Below, piece by piece: positions 54,076-64,000 of a stretch of DNA of 64,000 bases. The notes under the pieces were generated by a model. The model did not search any database. It was not told the origin of the DNA and saw nothing but the letters and a program-made list of their open reading frames with translations. Origin of the DNA: Burkholderiales bacterium (GTDB taxonomy: Bacteria > Pseudomonadota > Gammaproteobacteria > Burkholderiales > Burkholderiaceae_E); NCBI GenBank assembly GCA_027487815.1, contig JAIYCW010000062.1, positions 7,204 through 71,203 on the forward strand, given 5' to 3'. The translations under genes and the position numbers were made by a program. The number at the start of each line of letters is the position of its first letter. Position 1 is the stretch's first letter.

Positions 54076-55884
54076 CTATGCCTGCGGTGTTTCAGTAGTG
54101 CGCAAGCGGATATGCAATTCGCGCAGCTGCTTTTCATCAACCGACGATGGAGCTTGCGTGAGCAGATCCTGCGCGCGCTGGGTTTTCGGAAACGCAATCA
54201 CATCACGGATCGATTCAGCGCCCGTCATCATGGTGCAGATGCGATCCAAGCCGAAGGCAATACCGCCGTGGGGTGGCGCGCCATACTGCAGGGCATCAAG
54301 CAGGAAGCCGAACTTCGCACGGGCTTCCTCGGCATTGATCTTGAGCGCACGAAACACCTTGCTTTGCACTTCTTCGCGATGAATCCGCACCGATCCTCCG
54401 CCAATCTCCCAGCCATTGAGCACCATGTCATAGGCCTTGGCAATGCAACGGCCGGGGTCGGTAGACATATAGTCTTCATGGCCATCTTTGGGTGCAGTAA
54501 ACGGATGATGCACAGCTGACCAGCGCGCATTTTCCTCGTCGTATTCAAACATCGGGAAGTCCACGACCCACAAAGGCCGCCAGTCAGCCTCAAAGAGCCC
54601 GGTCTTGCGGCCAAACTCCGATTGCCCAATTTTGTTGCGCAAGGCGCCGATGGCGTCATTCACCACCTTGGCTTTGTCAGCACCAAAGAAAATAATGTCG
54701 CCATTGGTTGCCCCGGTGCGGGAGAGCACAGCATCAAGCGCTTGATCATGAATATTCTTCACGATCGGGCTTTGCAGGCCTTCACGGCCCTTGCTGGTGT
54801 CGTTCACCTTGATATAGGCCAGGCCCTTGGCGCCGTAAATGCCTACAAACTGGGTGAACTGATCAATCTCGCTGCGGCTCATTTCGCTGCCACCAGGCAC
54901 GCGCAAGCCAACCACCCGACCGCCATCCATATTCGCGGCTGCAGCAAACACCTTGAAATCGACCGACTTCATTACTTCGGTCAGGTCGGTAAACTGCAAC
55001 TTCACCCGCAGATCAGGCTTGTCCGAGCCATACAGGCGCATGGCTTCGCCGTAGGTCATGGTGGGGAACTGCTTGGGCAGATCCACATTGATCGCGGTTT
55101 TGAAAACACTGCGAATCATCTCTTCGAAAATCGCGCGAATCTCTACCTCATCAAGAAACGAGGTTTCGCAATCGATCTGGGTGAACTCGGGCTGGCGATC
55201 GGCGCGCAGATCCTCATCGCGAAAGCATTTGGTGATCTGGTAATACCGATCAAAGCCGGCCACCATCAACAACTGCTTGAAGAGCTGGGGCGATTGGGGC
55301 AGCGCAAAAAACTGCCCGGCATTCACCCGCGACGGCACCAGGTAATCGCGCGCACCTTCGGGCGTTGATTTGGTGAGCATCGGGGTTTCGATATCGATAA
55401 AACCAAGGGTATCGAGAAACTTGCGCACCTCAATGGCCACCCGATAACGCAGCATCAAATTGTTTTGCATTTGCGGGCGCCGCAAATCCAGCACCCGATG
55501 GGTCAAGCGGGTGGTTTCGGAGAGATTGTCGTCATCAAGCTGGAAAGGCGGTGTGACGGAAGGATTGAGAATCTCGATTTCGTGGCAAAGAATCTCGATC
55601 TCGCCGCTTTTCAGGCCAGCGTTCTCGGTGCCAGCTGGGCGGCTGCGCACTTTGCCGGTGATCTTCAGGCAAAACTCATTGCGCACTTTTTCAGCCATAG
55701 CAAAGGTTTCCGCACGATCCGGATCACACACGATTTGCGCCAGGCCCTCGCGATCGCGCAAGTCGATAAAGATCACACCGCCATGATCGCGGCGCCGATG
55801 CGCCCAGCCATACAAGGTGACGGTTTGGTCCAGATGCTGGGTGGAAACCTGACCGGTGTAGCAGGTGCGCATGGCTTGATTCAC
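54076..55884 (-). CDS. aspS: Aspartate--tRNA ligase
   Basis: 602 aa with an OB-fold N-terminus ('[19 protein letters not shown]') and class II motifs ('[18 protein letters not shown]', 'GGIAFGLDR'). Confidence 0.95.
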   Translation of the reverse strand: MNQAMRTCYTGQVSTQHLDQTVTLYGWAHRRRDHGGVIFIDLRDREGLAQIVCDPDRAETFAMAEKVRNEFCLKITGKVRSRPAGTENAGLKSGEIEILCHEIEILNPSVTPPFQLDDDNLSETTRLTHRVLDLRRPQMQNNLMLRYRVAIEVRKFLDTLGFIDIETPMLTKSTPEGARDYLVPSRVNAGQFFALPQSPQLFKQLLMVAGFDRYYQITKCFRDEDLRADRQPEFTQIDCETSFLDEVEIRAIFEEMIRSVFKTAINVDLPKQFPTMTYGEAMRLYGSDKPDLRVKLQFTDLTEVMKSVDFKVFAAAANMDGGRVVGLRVPGGSEMSRSEIDQFTQFVGIYGAKGLAYIKVNDTSKGREGLQSPIVKNIHDQALDAVLSRTGATNGDIIFFGADKAKVVNDAIGALRNKIGQSEFGRKTGLFEADWRPLWVVDFPMFEYDEENARWSAVHHPFTAPKDGHEDYMSTDPGRCIAKAYDMVLNGWEIGGGSVRIHREEVQSKVFRALKINAEEARAKFGFLLDALQYGAPPHGGIAFGLDRICTMMTGAESIRDVIAFPKTQRAQDLLTQAPSSVDEKQLRELHIRLRTTETPQA

Positions 55885-55892
55885 TCGAAAAA

Positions 55893-56531
55893 TTAGGGAT
55901 GTTGGGCCGCGGACAATGCCGCAGCACGGCTGGGATCACGATCGTTGGGAGCCACAACCCCCATCGACACAACATATTTCAATGCTTCATCCACGCTCAT
56001 ATCGAGCACGATGGTTTCCGCGCGCGGCACCATCAGGAAAAAGCCGGAAGTTGGATTGGGGGTGGTCGGCACATACACGGCCAGCAATTCGGCGGTGATG
56101 TGGCGCTTGACCTCATCGGCGGGCGACCCTGTTTGGAAGGCAATTGTCCAGACACCCGTGCGCGGGTATTGCACCAAAAGGGCTTGGCGAAAGGCTTGCC
56201 CATTGGGTGAAAGCACCGTATCGCTCACCTGCTTGATACTGGAATACACGGTGCGCACAATAGGAATACGCCCCAGAATTCCTTCCCAAAATAGCACCAG
56301 ACGTTGGCCAATGAAGTTGCGTGCCAGCAGGCCGGTAACAAACACCACCAGGACGGTGAGGATTGTGCCCAACCCGGGAATATCGCGGCCAATCCAGTGA
56401 TGCGGATGCCAGCTTTCCGGCAGCAACAACAAGCTGCGATCCATCGTGCCGATAATCAAAGTCAGCACCCAGATCGTGATGGCCAACGGCACCCAGATGA
56501 GCAAGCCAGTGATCAGATATTTGCGCAGCAT
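55893..56531 (-). CDS. DUF502 domain-containing membrane protein
   Basis: 212 aa with two N-terminal TM segments and 'GVWTIAF...[17 protein letters not shown]'. Confidence 0.75.
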   Translation of the reverse strand: MLRKYLITGLLIWVPLAITIWVLTLIIGTMDRSLLLLPESWHPHHWIGRDIPGLGTILTVLVVFVTGLLARNFIGQRLVLFWEGILGRIPIVRTVYSSIKQVSDTVLSPNGQAFRQALLVQYPRTGVWTIAFQTGSPADEVKRHITAELLAVYVPTTPNPTSGFFLMVPRAETIVLDMSVDEALKYVVSMGVVAPNDRDPSRAAALSAAQHP

Positions 56532-56589
56532 GGAGGGCGATCAGAAGGTCGGGGGATGAAGTGGCATGGGCTCGGCTCGCAAGTGAGGA

Positions 56590-56967
56590 TCACTTGGCAG
56601 GCGAAGTCGGGCTGGCTGGAGCGGCAGGCGCTGGGCTTGATGCAGCCGGGGCGTTGGCTGGCGCTGCAGCAGGAGCGCTTGCCGAGCTCGAAGCGTCCGA
56701 TTTAGTTTCAGCTTTGGCTTCGGACTTTCCCTCGGGCCCGGCAGTTTCGGCCTTACTTTCACCCTTCCCCTCAGCTTTTTTGCCGTTGTCGCGGAAGTCA
56801 GTGACATACCAGCCCGAGCCCTTCAGCTGAAAGGCGGCGGCGGTGAGTTGTTTGCTATAGGTCGAAGCTCCGCAGGCCGGGCACTCAGTGAGCGCTGGCG
56901 CAGAAATTTTTTGCAGCACATCGGCCGTGTGGCCACAGCTGTCGCAGCGGTAGGCATAGATCGGCAT
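56590..56967 (-). CDS. FmdB-family zinc-ribbon protein with a low-complexity tail
   Basis: 'MPIYAYRCDSCGH...CPACG' is a CxxC...CxxC ribbon. The start was trimmed from the tracked 57105. The C-terminal half is K/E/A/S/P-rich. Confidence 0.8.
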   Translation of the reverse strand: MPIYAYRCDSCGHTADVLQKISAPALTECPACGASTYSKQLTAAAFQLKGSGWYVTDFRDNGKKAEGKGESKAETAGPEGKSEAKAETKSDASSSASAPAAAPANAPAASSPAPAAPASPTSPAK

Positions 56968-57004
56968 AATCGCGAAGGAGTCTTGTTTGCAGAATAACCC
57001 GCCA

Positions 57005-58501
57005 TTATACCTTTGATGGCAAGCCTGAGTGCGCCGGGTGCCACCGCAATATGCCGTCCTCCAAAGGGGCTTGCAACAGCAGCTTGCGATCCTGGAGATA
57101 GTCATGGGTTACCCGCCAGGGGGCCTGCCGCCCTTGCCGGGGAGACTCAGCCCGGGAGCGATGCACATACCCGGCGCTCAGCGCGCCCATCACCGCTTCA
57201 TCCGAGACCTGACCGGGCTCGGCTTTTGCAACAACAAACCCGGTGCTGGTTGCCTGCATACGACGAATCAAGCGGCACAGGTAGGCGGCGGCCAAATCCA
57301 CCTTGAGCGTCCAGGAGGCATTGATGTAGCCCACAATCCAGGCGAAATTGGGCAACCCCTCCATCAACACGGCCTTGTAGAGCATATGCTTGTACGGCTC
57401 GTACGGTGTTCCGTCCACGAGGATTTGCATACCCCCGAAGGTTTGCAGTTCCAGGCCGGTAGCGCTCACTACAACATCGGCCCGCAGCTCGGCTCCTGAT
57501 TCCAGCTTGATATGGTCAGCGGAAAACTCCCGAACCTGATCAGTGATTACCCGAGCCTGGCCACGGCCAATGCTTTCCAGCAAATCACCCTCCGGCAGGA
57601 TGCACAAACGCTGATCCCAAGGCAGATAGCGCGGGTTGAAATGAGCCATGGATATTCCTGCTGGCAAGCGCTTGCTCACTTGGCGCATGAGGAATCGGCG
57701 CATGCCTTGTGGCCAGCGCCTGCAGGCCTGATAGAGCCAGTGGGCGATCAACACATTGCGCTTGCGCGCCATCGCAAAAGCCCAGCGCTTTGGCATCAAG
57801 GCACTCGTCACCTCGGTAACCCGATCGCGTTGGGGTACCGGCAGGTAATAGCTTGGGGATCGTTGCAGCATCGTCACCCGAGCGCCTTGCTTCGCAAGTG
57901 CTGGCACCAGAGTCGCCGCCGTGGCACCACTACCGATCACCACCACATCTTTGTCGGCACAATCCAGATTCTCTGGCCAGCGCTGCGGATGCACCAGCTG
58001 GCCCGCAAACCGCTCGGCGCCAGGAAATTGCGGGGTATGGCCTGCCGCATGATTGAAGTAGCCCGTGCCCAGAATCAGAAACCGGCACTGCCATTGATGC
58101 GCGGCGCCATCTTCAATGTTGCGTGCATGGACTGTCCACCACTGCGTTTCACTTGACCACTCGGCCCGCTCGATATCCATGCCATAGCGGATATGCGATT
58201 CAAGCTCATACTCCCGCGCAGTGTCGCGCAGATACTCGCGAATCGCCGGGCCTTGCGCCAAGGTGTCCAGCGCCTGCCAGGGGCGAAACGCATATCCGTA
58301 AGTCAGCATGTCGGAATCGGAGCGCACGCCCGGATAGCGAAACAAATCCCAGGTGCCCCCGAGCTGGGCGCGCCGCTCAAGAATCACAAACCGCTGATCA
58401 GGACACTCGCGCCGCAGCGTGCAGGCCATCCCAATACCCGAGACGCCCGCACCTACTATTAGAACGTCGAGCACGCTTTGCTCATTGGAAACTGTGTTCA
58501 A
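57005..58501 (-). CDS. Flavin-containing / Baeyer-Villiger-type monooxygenase
   Basis: 'VLIVGAGVSGIG' (FAD), the fingerprint 'FAGQLVHPQRWP' (FxGxxxHxxxWP), and 'VVVIGSGATA' (NADPH). Confidence 0.8.
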   Translation of the reverse strand: MNTVSNEQSVLDVLIVGAGVSGIGMACTLRRECPDQRFVILERRAQLGGTWDLFRYPGVRSDSDMLTYGYAFRPWQALDTLAQGPAIREYLRDTAREYELESHIRYGMDIERAEWSSETQWWTVHARNIEDGAAHQWQCRFLILGTGYFNHAAGHTPQFPGAERFAGQLVHPQRWPENLDCADKDVVVIGSGATAATLVPALAKQGARVTMLQRSPSYYLPVPQRDRVTEVTSALMPKRWAFAMARKRNVLIAHWLYQACRRWPQGMRRFLMRQVSKRLPAGISMAHFNPRYLPWDQRLCILPEGDLLESIGRGQARVITDQVREFSADHIKLESGAELRADVVVSATGLELQTFGGMQILVDGTPYEPYKHMLYKAVLMEGLPNFAWIVGYINASWTLKVDLAAAYLCRLIRRMQATSTGFVVAKAEPGQVSDEAVMGALSAGYVHRSRAESPRQGRQAPWRVTHDYLQDRKLLLQAPLEDGILRWHPAHSGLPSKV

Positions 58502-58546
58502 ACAGCCCGCCAGTTCACCGCCGCGCTCAAGCGTCTAATCCCGAAC

Positions 58547-59059
58547 TTAGAACGGAATATCGTCATCCATATCGTCGAAGTTCGGCGCAGGCTTACGAGC
58601 ACCAGCCGCTCCACCTCCGGCGCCTCCACCCCCTGACCGAGCGGGTGCACCACCGCCGCCTGCCCCACCCGAGTAGCCGCCCTCATCACCGCCGTAGTCG
58701 CCACCGCCACCTGAGCCACCGCCTTCGCGCCCACCCATAAGCTGCATTGATTCGGCAATCACTTCGGTGGTGTAGCGCTCCTGGCCTTCCTTATCCTGCC
58801 ACTTGCGGGTTTTCAGGCGACCTTCCACATACACCGGCCGGCCCTTCTTCAAATACTCACCGGCAATTTCGGCCTGGCGCCCGTAGAACACGATGCGATG
58901 CCATTCGGTTTCCTCCTTACGCTCGCCCGAGGTTTTATCCTTCCACTGGCGGCTGGTGGCCACCGTGATGTTGGTGACTGCAGCACCATCGGCGGAATAG
59001 CGGGTTTCAGGATCGCGCCCCAAATTGCCCATCACGATTACTTTATTGACTGATGCCAT
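58547..59059 (-). CDS. ssb: Single-stranded DNA-binding protein
   Basis: '[21 protein letters not shown]' OB fold, a Gly-rich linker, and the acidic tip 'DDDIPF'. Confidence 0.95.
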   Translation of the reverse strand: MASVNKVIVMGNLGRDPETRYSADGAAVTNITVATSRQWKDKTSGERKEETEWHRIVFYGRQAEIAGEYLKKGRPVYVEGRLKTRKWQDKEGQERYTTEVIAESMQLMGGREGGGSGGGGDYGGDEGGYSGGAGGGGAPARSGGGGAGGGAAGARKPAPNFDDMDDDIPF

Positions 59060-59072
59060 TGCTCAACACTCC

Positions 59073-60293
59073 TTAATGCGCTGCCGCCATCGAACCACCC
59101 GGTTTAGGCCAGCGTCGATGGGTGATTGCCACCACCATCCACACCGCCAACAATACTCCACACGCCACAAACACCAGCGGCGCGCCCCCTCGAGACTGCA
59201 AGGCCCCGCCAACCATCCCCCCAGCCGCCAAACCCAGGGCCTGGGTGGTGTTATAAATTCCAAGCGCTGTGCCTTTGGACGCCGCCGGCGCAATCCGCGA
59301 CACCATGGAGGGCAACATCGCTTCAAGCAGATTGAACCCCACAAAGAACACGAACAACAAGCCCGCCATCCAGACTAAGCCACCCGGCTGAGCCCAAAAC
59401 CCGAACTGCACAGCAGCCACCAACATCACAGACAAACAAAACAAGGTGCGTACCCGACCATGGCGCTCGGCCCAATTCAAGGGTGGCATCATCAAGGCAA
59501 ACGAAGCCAACACCACAGGCAAATAAAGCTTCCAGTGCTCGGCCACAGGCAGGCCGAACTGACTGACCAGCATGCCAGGCAAAGCGACGAACATCGCCAT
59601 TTGCACCATATGCAGCGAAAAGATGCCGAAGTTCAGGCGCAACAGATCGGGTTCAAGTGCCACCTCGCGAAAACTGGGCTTGCGCTGATGGGGATCGCGT
59701 ACTGGCGCGGGGATTGGAGGCACCACCCAAACCACCATGGCCATCGCCCCCAGCACCAAAAAGCCTGTGAGCGCAAAAAGCCCGGATAGACCTACTGATC
59801 CGTAAAGCAAAGGCGCGAGCACCAGCGAAAGGGCAAACATCAGGCCTACCGAGCCACCCACCAAAGCCATTGCCTTGGAACGTTGCGACTCGCGGGTGAG
59901 ATCCGCAATGCTGGCAGTGACTGCGGCTGAAATCGCGCCCGCGCCTTGCAAAGCTCGCCCCACTGCCAGCCAAAACAGGCTATCGGCTAGCGCAGCGACA
60001 AAGCTGCCCAAGGCAAAAATCACCAAACCAATCAGGATCACCTTCTTGCGACCAAACCGGTCCGAGGCCGCTCCGAAGGGCAATTGCAGACATCCCTGGG
60101 TCAAACCGTAAATTCCCAGGGCAAAGCCCACCAGGAATGCGTCTTCGCCACCCGGCAGGCGGGCAGCATCAATCGCAAACACAGGTAACACCAAAAACAG
60201 GCCAAGAACGCGCAATGCAAAAATGGAGGCCAGAGAAAAACTGGCGCGGCGTTCAAGCGGCGTCATTGGCAAGGCGGCCGCAGGTTCAGACAT
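59073..60293 (-). CDS. MFS transporter
   Basis: About 406 aa with 12 TM-like segments and '[12 protein letters not shown]' (the MFS loop 2-3 motif). It is divergent from uvrA. The start was trimmed to the ATG at 60293. Confidence 0.8.
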   Translation of the reverse strand: MSEPAAALPMTPLERRASFSLASIFALRVLGLFLVLPVFAIDAARLPGGEDAFLVGFALGIYGLTQGCLQLPFGAASDRFGRKKVILIGLVIFALGSFVAALADSLFWLAVGRALQGAGAISAAVTASIADLTRESQRSKAMALVGGSVGLMFALSLVLAPLLYGSVGLSGLFALTGFLVLGAMAMVVWVVPPIPAPVRDPHQRKPSFREVALEPDLLRLNFGIFSLHMVQMAMFVALPGMLVSQFGLPVAEHWKLYLPVVLASFALMMPPLNWAERHGRVRTLFCLSVMLVAAVQFGFWAQPGGLVWMAGLLFVFFVGFNLLEAMLPSMVSRIAPAASKGTALGIYNTTQALGLAAGGMVGGALQSRGGAPLVFVACGVLLAVWMVVAITHRRWPKPGGSMAAAH

Positions 60294-60362
60294 GCCGGGT
60301 ATATTACTCGATTGACCCGCTTTCCCCGGACCTCCCCCGGGGCCCCCATTCAGCCTCCCATC

Positions 60363-63236
60363 ATGAGTTTTCTGCGCGTTCGCGGTGCCCGCACCCACAA
60401 TTTAAAGAACATTTCGCTCGATATCCCGCGAGACAAGCTGGTAGTGATCACCGGGCTTTCGGGATCGGGTAAATCCTCGCTGGCCTTCGACACCCTGTAT
60501 GCCGAGGGCCAGCGGCGTTATGTGGAATCCCTCTCGGCCTACGCGCGCCAGTTCCTGCAGCTGATGGACAAACCGGATGTCGACAGCATCGAAGGGCTGT
60601 CTCCGGCCATCTCGATCGAACAAAAAGCCACGAGCCACAACCCTCGCTCAACAGTAGGCACGGTCACTGAGATTCACGATTATCTGCGCCTGCTGTTTGC
60701 TCGTGCGGGCACCCCCTATTGCCCCAACCATCCGGATCAAGCGCTGGATGCCCAAAGTGTTTCGCAGATGGTGGATGCTGTGTTGGCACGACCTGCGGGC
60801 GAAAAGCTGATGATCCTTGCGCCTGTGGTGAGTGCGCGCAAGGGTGAGCATGCGGATCTGTTTGCCGATCTCCAGGCCCAGGGCTACACCCGGGTGCGGG
60901 TGCGAACTGAGTCGCTTCAGGGGACCGGCGCGGCTCAAGCACAGATCATTGAACTGAGCGGCACCGCGCTCAAATTACCCAAGCAACATAAGCATTCGAT
61001 TGATGTGGTGGTGGACCGAATCAAGGTGACGGCAAGCCTCAAGCAACGCCTGGCCGAATCCTTCGAGACTGCTCTGCGCCTGGCCGACGGCCGCGCAATT
61101 GTGAGCGAGATGGATACCGGAGTGGAAACGATTGTTTCCAACCGCTTCGCCTGCCCAATCTGCAGCTTCGCACTGCGTGAACTCGAGCCGCGTTTGTTTT
61201 CCTTCAATAATCCAGCAGGCGCCTGCACGGATTGCGAAGGCCTGGGCACAGTGGCTTACTTCGATGCGCAGCGCGTTGTGCAGTTTCCCAATCTTTCCTT
61301 GGCCGCAGGCGCAGTGAAGGGCTGGGATCGACGCAACAGCTTTGCCTTCCAGATGCTGCAAGGCCTCGCCTCACATTACAAATTCGATATTGAAACTCCG
61401 TTTGGCGAGCTTGCCCCTAAAGTGCAGCAAGCCGTGCTAAATGGGTCGGGCACACAAAAGATTACCTTCCACTATGCAGGCGATGGTGCCGAAACTTCTG
61501 GCATCAAGAAGATTCATCCCTTTGAGGGCATTGTGCCCAGCCTGGAACGCCGCTGGCGCGAAACCGATTCGCCGCAAGTGCGCGAGGAACTCGGGCGACT
61601 GCGTTCACACAAACAATGCCCGGGATGTGAAGGCACACGCCTCAAGCCCGAAGCCCGCCATGTGAAGCTCGGCAACGGTGCGCAGGCGCGGGCAATATTT
61701 GAAGTCTCGCGTTTCACTTTGGGCGATTCAGCACGATGGTTTGAAGCGCTTGCATTAACCGGTGCCAAAGCCACTGTGGGTGAACGGATCGTGCGCGAGA
61801 TCAGCAATCGCCTGCGATTTCTCAATGATGTCGGCCTGCACTACCTCTCCCTGGATCGCTCGGCCGACACGCTCTCGGGGGGCGAAGCTCAACGCATTCG
61901 CCTGGCCTCACAAATCGGCTCGGGCCTCACCGGTGTGATGTATGTGCTTGATGAGCCTTCGATTGGTTTGCATCAACGCGATAACGACCGGCTCATCACC
62001 ACCCTCAAGGCCTTGCGCGATTTGGGCAACAGCGTGCTTGTGGTTGAGCATGATGAAGACGCGATTCGCGCGGCCGATCATGTGATTGATCTCGGGCCGG
62101 GTGCTGGTGAACATGGTGGTCAGGTGCTGGCGCAGGGCACTCCGGACGAAGTTGCGGCCACCGAAGACTCCCTCACAGGCAAGTACCTGCGCGATGCCCT
62201 TCGCATCGAGGTGCCGAAAAAGCGTCATCCGCCAGGGGGCAAGTGGCTGGAGATTGAAGGTGCAAGCGGTAACAATCTCAAGTCGGTGAATACGCGTATC
62301 CCGGCGGGCTTGTTTGTCTGCATCACAGGCGTATCGGGCTCGGGCAAATCCACCCTCATCAACGACACTGTGTTGGCGGTGGCCAGCCGTGAGCTCAATG
62401 GAGCCAGCACCGACCCGGCGCCTCATACGAATCTCAGTGGCCTGGAGCACTTCGATAAAGTGATCGCGGTGGATCAGAGCCCGATTGGCCGCACACCGCG
62501 CAGCAATCCCGCCACCTATACCGGCCTATTCGGCCCCATTCGCGAGCTGTTTGCCGAAACCCCAACGGCGCGCGAACGCGGCTACCAACCTGGGCGCTTT
62601 TCATTCAATGTGAAGGGCGGGCGCTGTGAGCGCTGTGAAGGCGATGGTGTGCTCAAAGTGGAGATGCACTTTCTGCCGGATGTGTATGTGAGTTGTGATC
62701 TGTGTTTTGGGCAGCGCTACAACCGCGAAACCCTCGAAGTGCTTTACAAAGGGCGCCATATCGCCGAGGTGTTGGGCATGACGGTTGAGCAGGCCAACCG
62801 CTTTTTCGCGGCAGTGCCCAGCATCCAGCGCAAGCTGCAAACCCTGCTTGATGTGGGGCTGGGCTATGTGCAGCTCGGCCAAAGCGCCACCACGCTTTCA
62901 GGCGGTGAGGCGCAGCGGGTAAAGCTTGCGCTCGAACTCTCCAAGCGTGATACCGGCCGCACCCTCTATGTGCTTGATGAGCCCACCACCGGCCTGCATT
63001 TCCACGATATCGCGATGCTGCTCAAGGTGCTGCAGGCTTTGCGCGATGCAGGCAACACGGTGGTGGTGATCGAGCACAACCTTGATGTGATCAAAACTGC
63101 AGACTGGATTATTGATCTGGGCCCCGAGGGCGGCGATGGCGGTGGAATGATTGTGGCCACCGGCACACCTGAAGAAGTGGCTCGCAACCCGGCGAGTTTT
63201 ACCGGGCGGTATTTGAAGCGCTTGCTAAAGCCTTAG
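60363..63236 (+). CDS. uvrA: Excinuclease ABC subunit A
   Basis: '[37 protein letters not shown]', two ABC modules, and zinc-finger Cys clusters. The start was trimmed to the ATG at 60363. Confidence 0.95.
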   Translation: MSFLRVRGARTHNLKNISLDIPRDKLVVITGLSGSGKSSLAFDTLYAEGQRRYVESLSAYARQFLQLMDKPDVDSIEGLSPAISIEQKATSHNPRSTVGTVTEIHDYLRLLFARAGTPYCPNHPDQALDAQSVSQMVDAVLARPAGEKLMILAPVVSARKGEHADLFADLQAQGYTRVRVRTESLQGTGAAQAQIIELSGTALKLPKQHKHSIDVVVDRIKVTASLKQRLAESFETALRLADGRAIVSEMDTGVETIVSNRFACPICSFALRELEPRLFSFNNPAGACTDCEGLGTVAYFDAQRVVQFPNLSLAAGAVKGWDRRNSFAFQMLQGLASHYKFDIETPFGELAPKVQQAVLNGSGTQKITFHYAGDGAETSGIKKIHPFEGIVPSLERRWRETDSPQVREELGRLRSHKQCPGCEGTRLKPEARHVKLGNGAQARAIFEVSRFTLGDSARWFEALALTGAKATVGERIVREISNRLRFLNDVGLHYLSLDRSADTLSGGEAQRIRLASQIGSGLTGVMYVLDEPSIGLHQRDNDRLITTLKALRDLGNSVLVVEHDEDAIRAADHVIDLGPGAGEHGGQVLAQGTPDEVAATEDSLTGKYLRDALRIEVPKKRHPPGGKWLEIEGASGNNLKSVNTRIPAGLFVCITGVSGSGKSTLINDTVLAVASRELNGASTDPAPHTNLSGLEHFDKVIAVDQSPIGRTPRSNPATYTGLFGPIRELFAETPTARERGYQPGRFSFNVKGGRCERCEGDGVLKVEMHFLPDVYVSCDLCFGQRYNRETLEVLYKGRHIAEVLGMTVEQANRFFAAVPSIQRKLQTLLDVGLGYVQLGQSATTLSGGEAQRVKLALELSKRDTGRTLYVLDEPTTGLHFHDIAMLLKVLQALRDAGNTVVVIEHNLDVIKTADWIIDLGPEGGDGGGMIVATGTPEEVARNPASFTGRYLKRLLKP

Positions 63237-63245
63237 GCTAACGAC

Positions 63246-63539
63246 TCAAGCGGGATTATCTGTTTTGGCAGTCAACAAAATCCCGAGCGCTTTCATGACC
63301 GCAAGCGTGGACTTCAAAGTGGGGTTCCCTTGGTCACTGAACGAGCGATATAACTGCTCCCGAGAAAGCCCGGTTTGTTCGGCGATTTGCGCCATTCCTT
63401 TGGCTCGCGCTACAACCCCAAGCGCTTTTGCGATGTAGGCAGCATCGCCGGTTTCAAAAGCGTCGGCCATAAAGACCGCAATTTCCCCATCATCAATCAA
63501 TGCATTTGCGGGATCGTAGGTCGATAAGGATTTACTCAC
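63246..63539 (-). CDS. Addiction-module antidote protein (HigA-like XRE HTH)
   Basis: 97 aa with 'ARAKGMAQIAEQTGLSREQLYRSFS..GNPTL.STLAVMKALG', typical of the antidote family paired with HI1419-type killer proteins. Confidence 0.75.
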   Translation of the reverse strand: MSKSLSTYDPANALIDDGEIAVFMADAFETGDAAYIAKALGVVARAKGMAQIAEQTGLSREQLYRSFSDQGNPTLKSTLAVMKALGILLTAKTDNPA

Positions 63540-63837
63540 GAGGCACTCTCCATTCTTGCGCTAGCTTCTTCGCAGCTTTGATATCGGCAGCTTGACTCTT
63601 TTTGTTACCGCCGCACAGTAAGACTATCAATACTTCCCGACGTTGCTGGAAGTAAATACGATAGCCCGGGCCGTGGTGAATACGCATCTCACTCACGCCT
63701 TCACCAACCGGCAATACATCCCCCGCCAAACCGCAGGACAACCGGAAAATCCGGGTTGCGATTAAAGTGCGAGCACGGCGACCTCTTAGGCTAGATTCCC
63801 ACAACCGAAACTCTTCGGTCTGTTTGATTTTAGTCAC
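63532..63837 (-). CDS. Addiction-module killer protein (RelE/ParE superfamily, HigB-like)
   Basis: 101 aa with 'GEGVSEMRIHHGPGYRIYF.QR.EVLIVLLCGGNKKSQAADI'. It overlaps the antidote gene by 8 nt, in toxin-first order. Confidence 0.75.
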   Translation of the reverse strand: MTKIKQTEEFRLWESSLRGRRARTLIATRIFRLSCGLAGDVLPVGEGVSEMRIHHGPGYRIYFQQRREVLIVLLCGGNKKSQAADIKAAKKLAQEWRVPRE

Positions 63838-63843
63838 TGCCGC

Positions 63844-63861
63844 AGTAGTTTAAAAACTACT
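63844..63861. promoter_or_regulatory. 8-2-8 perfect inverted repeat directly upstream of the toxin gene (candidate operator)
   Basis: AGTAGTTT-AA-AAACTACT begins 7 nt upstream of the toxin start codon. A second dyad, TGAGTCA-(11 nt)-TGACTCA, is at 63882-63906. Confidence 0.35.
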
Positions 63862-64000
63862 ACACCACTAGCCGCTTGCCTTGAGTCAGCATGTGCCATT
63901 GACTCACGAAACAAGCGTATACACTTTGAGCCCACACCTGTTGTTGTAAGATCATTTCGTTTCCCTCAGCCCGGCAAAGAGCAATTCGGTCAGCTTATTG

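Noticed and set aside
54622-55368. 248-aa ORF on the + strand
   Set aside because: It is antisense to aspS, which has full-length class II aaRS motifs.
58123-58740. 205-aa ORF on the + strand spanning the BVMO 5' end and the ssb 3' end
   Set aside because: The translation is R/P/H/S-rich. It crosses an intergenic region, is antisense to two strongly supported genes, and partly mirrors the Gly-rich ssb linker.
1-64000. Search by eye for tRNA/rRNA genes, CRISPR arrays, IS elements, integrases and phage genes flanking the low-GC patches
   Set aside because: I recognised none. The low-GC patches (PEP-CTERM gene, MCO/CusF, HigBA) have no adjacent recombinase or direct repeats that I could detect. 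I therefore made no mobile-element call. A computational scan (tRNAscan-SE, ISfinder BLAST, repeat finder) would be needed to be sure.

Overview
This is a 64-kb chromosomal segment from a GC-rich betaproteobacterium; hand counts of sampled lines give roughly 60-65% G+C. It is probably Burkholderiales or Comamonadaceae-like. The support is two orphan Bug/TctC-type solute-binding proteins, divergent ssb-MFS/uvrA synteny, a FmdB-DUF502-aspS-nudB-ybhP-clsB array, and many LysR regulators. I support about 60 protein-coding genes, most on the minus strand. I saw no rRNA, tRNA, CRISPR array, transposase or integrase.

Content, left to right:
- DUF3025 and pyrC.
- A membrane protein with a LytS-type kinase and a LytTR regulator.
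- A tartrate/D-malate-dehydrogenase cluster with TctC, TauE, an alpha/beta hydrolase and a LysR regulator.
- A Gly/Trp/Pro-rich lipoprotein.
- A MarR module.
- gltIJKL with aspA.
- A TctC gene coupled to an orphan Rieske oxygenase.
- VapBC next to a low-GC PEP-CTERM-like protein.
- A LysR regulator, an Atm1-type ABC exporter, an SDR, a thioesterase and a VOC protein.
- A TetR-controlled beta-oxidation operon.
- An HpcH aldolase.
- A 460-bp orphan intergenic region.
- An FAD monooxygenase and GlpQ.
- A split ligase-associated DNA-damage-response cassette (exonuclease-ligase / DUF429-helicase-PdeM), interrupted by a chemoreceptor with an unusual architecture.
- An AT-richer copper islet (two small proteins, TolC-family protein, multicopper oxidase, CusF) with no RND or MFP genes.
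- clsB, ybhP, nudB, aspS, DUF502, FmdB, a BVMO, ssb, an MFS transporter, uvrA and a HigBA-like pair.

No single spectacular new system is demonstrable from sequence alone. The most interesting candidates are the rearranged and augmented ligase-associated repair cassette, the chemoreceptor with a cytoplasmic C-terminal Cache-like domain, the pump-less TolC-MCO-CusF copper islet with two uncharacterised small proteins, and the orphan intergenic region carrying a 37-codon hydrophobic ORF.

All family assignments come from motif recognition by eye and need HMM or BLAST confirmation.
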